From positions 1,550,001 to 1,614,000 of the forward strand of contig RSEE01000001.1 of NCBI GenBank assembly GCA_003971905.1: DNA of 64,000 bases, given 5' to 3'. A program made the position numbers and the translations under genes. This document shows, one piece after another, positions 61,373 through 64,000 of this stretch (the stretch's first letter is position 1; each line of letters begins with the position of its first letter). Source of the stretch: Moniliella sp. 'wahieum'. Its lineage: Eukaryota. Below the pieces are notes generated by a model. The model saw only the letters and a program-made list of their open reading frames with translations, had not been told where the DNA came from and ran no database searches.

Positions 61373-63070
61373 ATGGATCTCATAATGCGTAAGTTTTTTT
61401 TGGGAGCAGCAGGAGAACGTGGTGACTATGGAAATGCCTGACTTCAATTCCACAAGAGTTTGTGGGGAAGCCCGTCCATGTCAGCCAATAGGACTCAGAC
61501 CGAAGAGGGCGAGGGAGACATAGCGAAGTGATCTGGGCACTGATGCCGATTGCATTTGAGTAGTGAAGACCTCGTTCGCGGCGTAGACCCATAAGCAAGA
61601 TGTTGCTGCCATGATAATAGTTGTCCGGAAATGGGGGCGGCGAGGGGAGCCCGAATGTCATGAACTACACACACACTACCAATGCAGGAAAGCGATTCTT
61701 TATAGCATTTGAGTTTGAACAAGTGAGAATGTATTATGCGCCTCAAGAAAAATTGTAAGGTGACTTTCTTCTAACTAAGCCGAAACGTTTCCGATGATGA
61801 TGCCTCGATACATCCTATTGTTAGGCATACCTCACTCTCTCACGTCGCGCGATACAGCAAACAGTCACAAGACGAGAACATGCCATAGCGTATAAGCAGT
61901 GTCATGAATGGATATCGGACAAGGACCCGATCTGCTTTCTTCATTTGAACAGGAGAAGTGACTCCACGTTCATTGAACCTGATCAGTAAGTGCGAAAACA
62001 AACGGAACCAGGGACTAATTGAAGTCGCCACGCTCACTATTACATCTGAATGCAAACACTGCACATCGTACTAAAACACTTCTGTCACTGACTCGTCTGG
62101 AAAAGGGAGCTAGTTCTGATAGACGAACAAACAACTGGCATGAATACGACTCAACCGGTCCCAGAACGGATGTAAACAAAGTCCCAAGAAGAGAACAATT
62201 TCAAACATCAATTAGGAGCGGGAACTAGCAAACGCAGCAAGGGCGAAAGTATATGTCGCAGATTCTGCGTACGAGCTTACCAGGATTGAGAAAGCATGAG
62301 GTGGGAAAGGCGATTACCGAAAACAAGACCATATAAGGCACCCAGATTGGCATGTCGCTTAACGAATACTCGCTTAAGCCAAAGAACAAAGCCCAAACGT
62401 AATTTACGGGAAGCCATTGAACACAGCCCAAACGGTAATTTACGGAGGGTAAATGCAGGCAGACCACAAGGAACTGTGCAAGCTGCATTGAACGAATTGA
62501 CCGTATTGATCTATCTACAGGGAACATGTTCCATTACAACGTCAATGACAAATATATGACAAGCAAGGGAGACAAGGCTCGTGCATCAATCCACACGACT
62601 CTCGTTAATCTCGCTGCTTTGTTGGAAAAGTATATATCTTTTTGAAATACGATTTCTCCATTGGGAAATGCCGATGCTGCAAGCGCTATTCCTTTGACAA
62701 GTACGTATGTATCTCATATCTAGGTACTGACATCCCCCTTCAGAATTCGGGCGGGGCGAACACCAATTCCTTAAATCTCGTCATGCGAATGCAGTGATCT
62801 CTAACCACTGACCCTGCCTTGAAATCGGGTAGCTGTATGCAGTGCTTTCATGCACCCAGTGGGACTACCGCACATTTTTCCTTCTTCTTCTCCCTTCAGG
62901 CCAATAAAAACTACCGCACCATTTTTCCTTCTTCGTCTCCCTTCAGGCCAATAAAAGGATGGCTGTTGTTGGAGATATGGAATGTATCTTATGGCTTTAC
63001 GACTCCATCTCCAGTTAGGTGCAAAACATTTGGGAATACTCTCAGAGTGGCCATATGTAGAACTGCGTAG
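61373..63070 (+). pseudogene. Intron-containing orphan gene or pseudogene, function unknown
   Basis: Intron-like segments at 61389..61456 (GTAAGT..CTGAC..AAG), 61723..61779 (GTGAGA..CTAAC.TAAG) and 62701..62743 (GTACGT..CTGAC..CAG). The putative exons contain stops. Confidence 0.35.
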
Positions 63071-63733
63071 GTGTGGGGATGGGGGGACCAGAGGGTGAGC
63101 CCGTCTTCGGATTGCTGTACATCCGACGTGCATCGCATCTTTGGATACGAGGACGGCTTGGTTGGATCATAGGACGATGGTAAGAGCCCCCATTACGGAA
63201 AAAATCATATTCTCATTCTGGATAATAAGACTCACTATTTGGCTGGGGCAGAGTATGAGGACAATTTACACGTTCATATTCATCTGGAGCAAAAGGCCTT
63301 TCTCTCTAACGATTGCACGTAGACTCGTAATACCGGTTTCATTCAGACTGTTTGAATTGGTCACGAAGTTACCTAAAGGATTCAGGCATTCCAAAAACCT
63401 GAATATGGCTGTAAACGCGATGTGAAGGATTCTCCTGTCGTTACCCACTCTTTGGTAATTCATCCCCATGTTGAATAGTATGCCCGCGTAAGGCATTGGG
63501 GCAATCAGATCTGTGACTGCTTGAGAATTAAAGAGCAACTCGGTTTGATGATACCTAACTTGACCAGGCACCACCCTTCTTGTTTTACTTCCCCCCCTAC
63601 TGCATTTTCTAGGCGGACTGGTCGTTTCGGCACCACCGTGATTTCATGTGTTGCTGAATGGTGCCGTTTAAAATTGTCGCACAATTATTGGACCAAATTG
63701 TGAGGGAAAAGGAAACCACTGATATATAAATAC

Positions 63734-63963
63734 CTTCAAAAATGTCAGAGGAGTAATTTGCCGTGGGTGAGGCAATTCTGCCAGCGCGCTGCAGGTCAGT
63801 GACGTCGCCGATGTCACCACCCTGAACGTCAGATATGTCCTCGATGTCATCCCCTTGAACGTCAAATACATCCTCGACGTCACCCCCTTGAACGTCAGAA
63901 ACGTCATTGACGTGCCCATGGACGACGTATCTGACGAATCTGATCTTCCTATGCTCGCTCTCC
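63734..63963 (-). CDS. Probable internal exon of an orphan gene that continues beyond the window; encodes an acidic 11-aa repeat
   Basis: Bounded by a CAG acceptor (63964..63966) and a GTATTT donor (63733). The open frame is ESEHRKIRFVRYVVHGHVNDVSDVQGGDVEDVFDVQGDDIEDISDVQGGDIGDVTDLQ..., with a 33-nt unit repeated about three times. Confidence 0.45.
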
Positions 63964-64000
63964 CTGGGTTAATACATGACCAGTGTAAACATAAAAACGT

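Overview
Gene-dense eukaryotic DNA from a basidiomycete fungus, most likely Ustilaginomycotina (smut relatives). This is inferred from the short GT-AG introns with CTAAC/CTGAC branch sites, the low intron density and the style of the proteins. I can support about 20 conserved genes: 3-hydroxybutyryl-CoA dehydrogenase, a GH105-like hydrolase, an amino-acid permease, RVS167, OAC1, the complex I 24 kDa and B22 subunits, PRO1, NHX1, VPS68, SNF5, a DHA1 MFS transporter, ketopantoate reductase, RPC17, PIS1, CK2-beta, NDC1, a C2H2 protein and a VWA protein. The window also has two intron-containing tRNA genes (Phe-GAA, Glu-CTC), a decayed ARP1 pseudogene, a 5'-truncated REL-endonuclease (CRE-like) retrotransposon remnant, and an orphan, more AT-rich right end. 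Almost every CDS is broken by single-base deletions, which look like unpolished long-read errors, so gene ends are approximate. The most unusual signal is non-coding. Most intergenic regions carry short tandem arrays built on one grammar: a TNA triplet (TCA/TGA/TAA/TTA) plus a short palindromic linker, usually giving 7-bp units (e.g. TGA-AGCT, TCA-CATG, TAA-ACGT, TGA-GGCC, TCA-GTAC, TGA-CGCG). One such array is inserted at a TCA inside the ARP1 pseudogene. This points to an active, site-directed mutational process such as repeated transposon footprints or hairpin-end repair.
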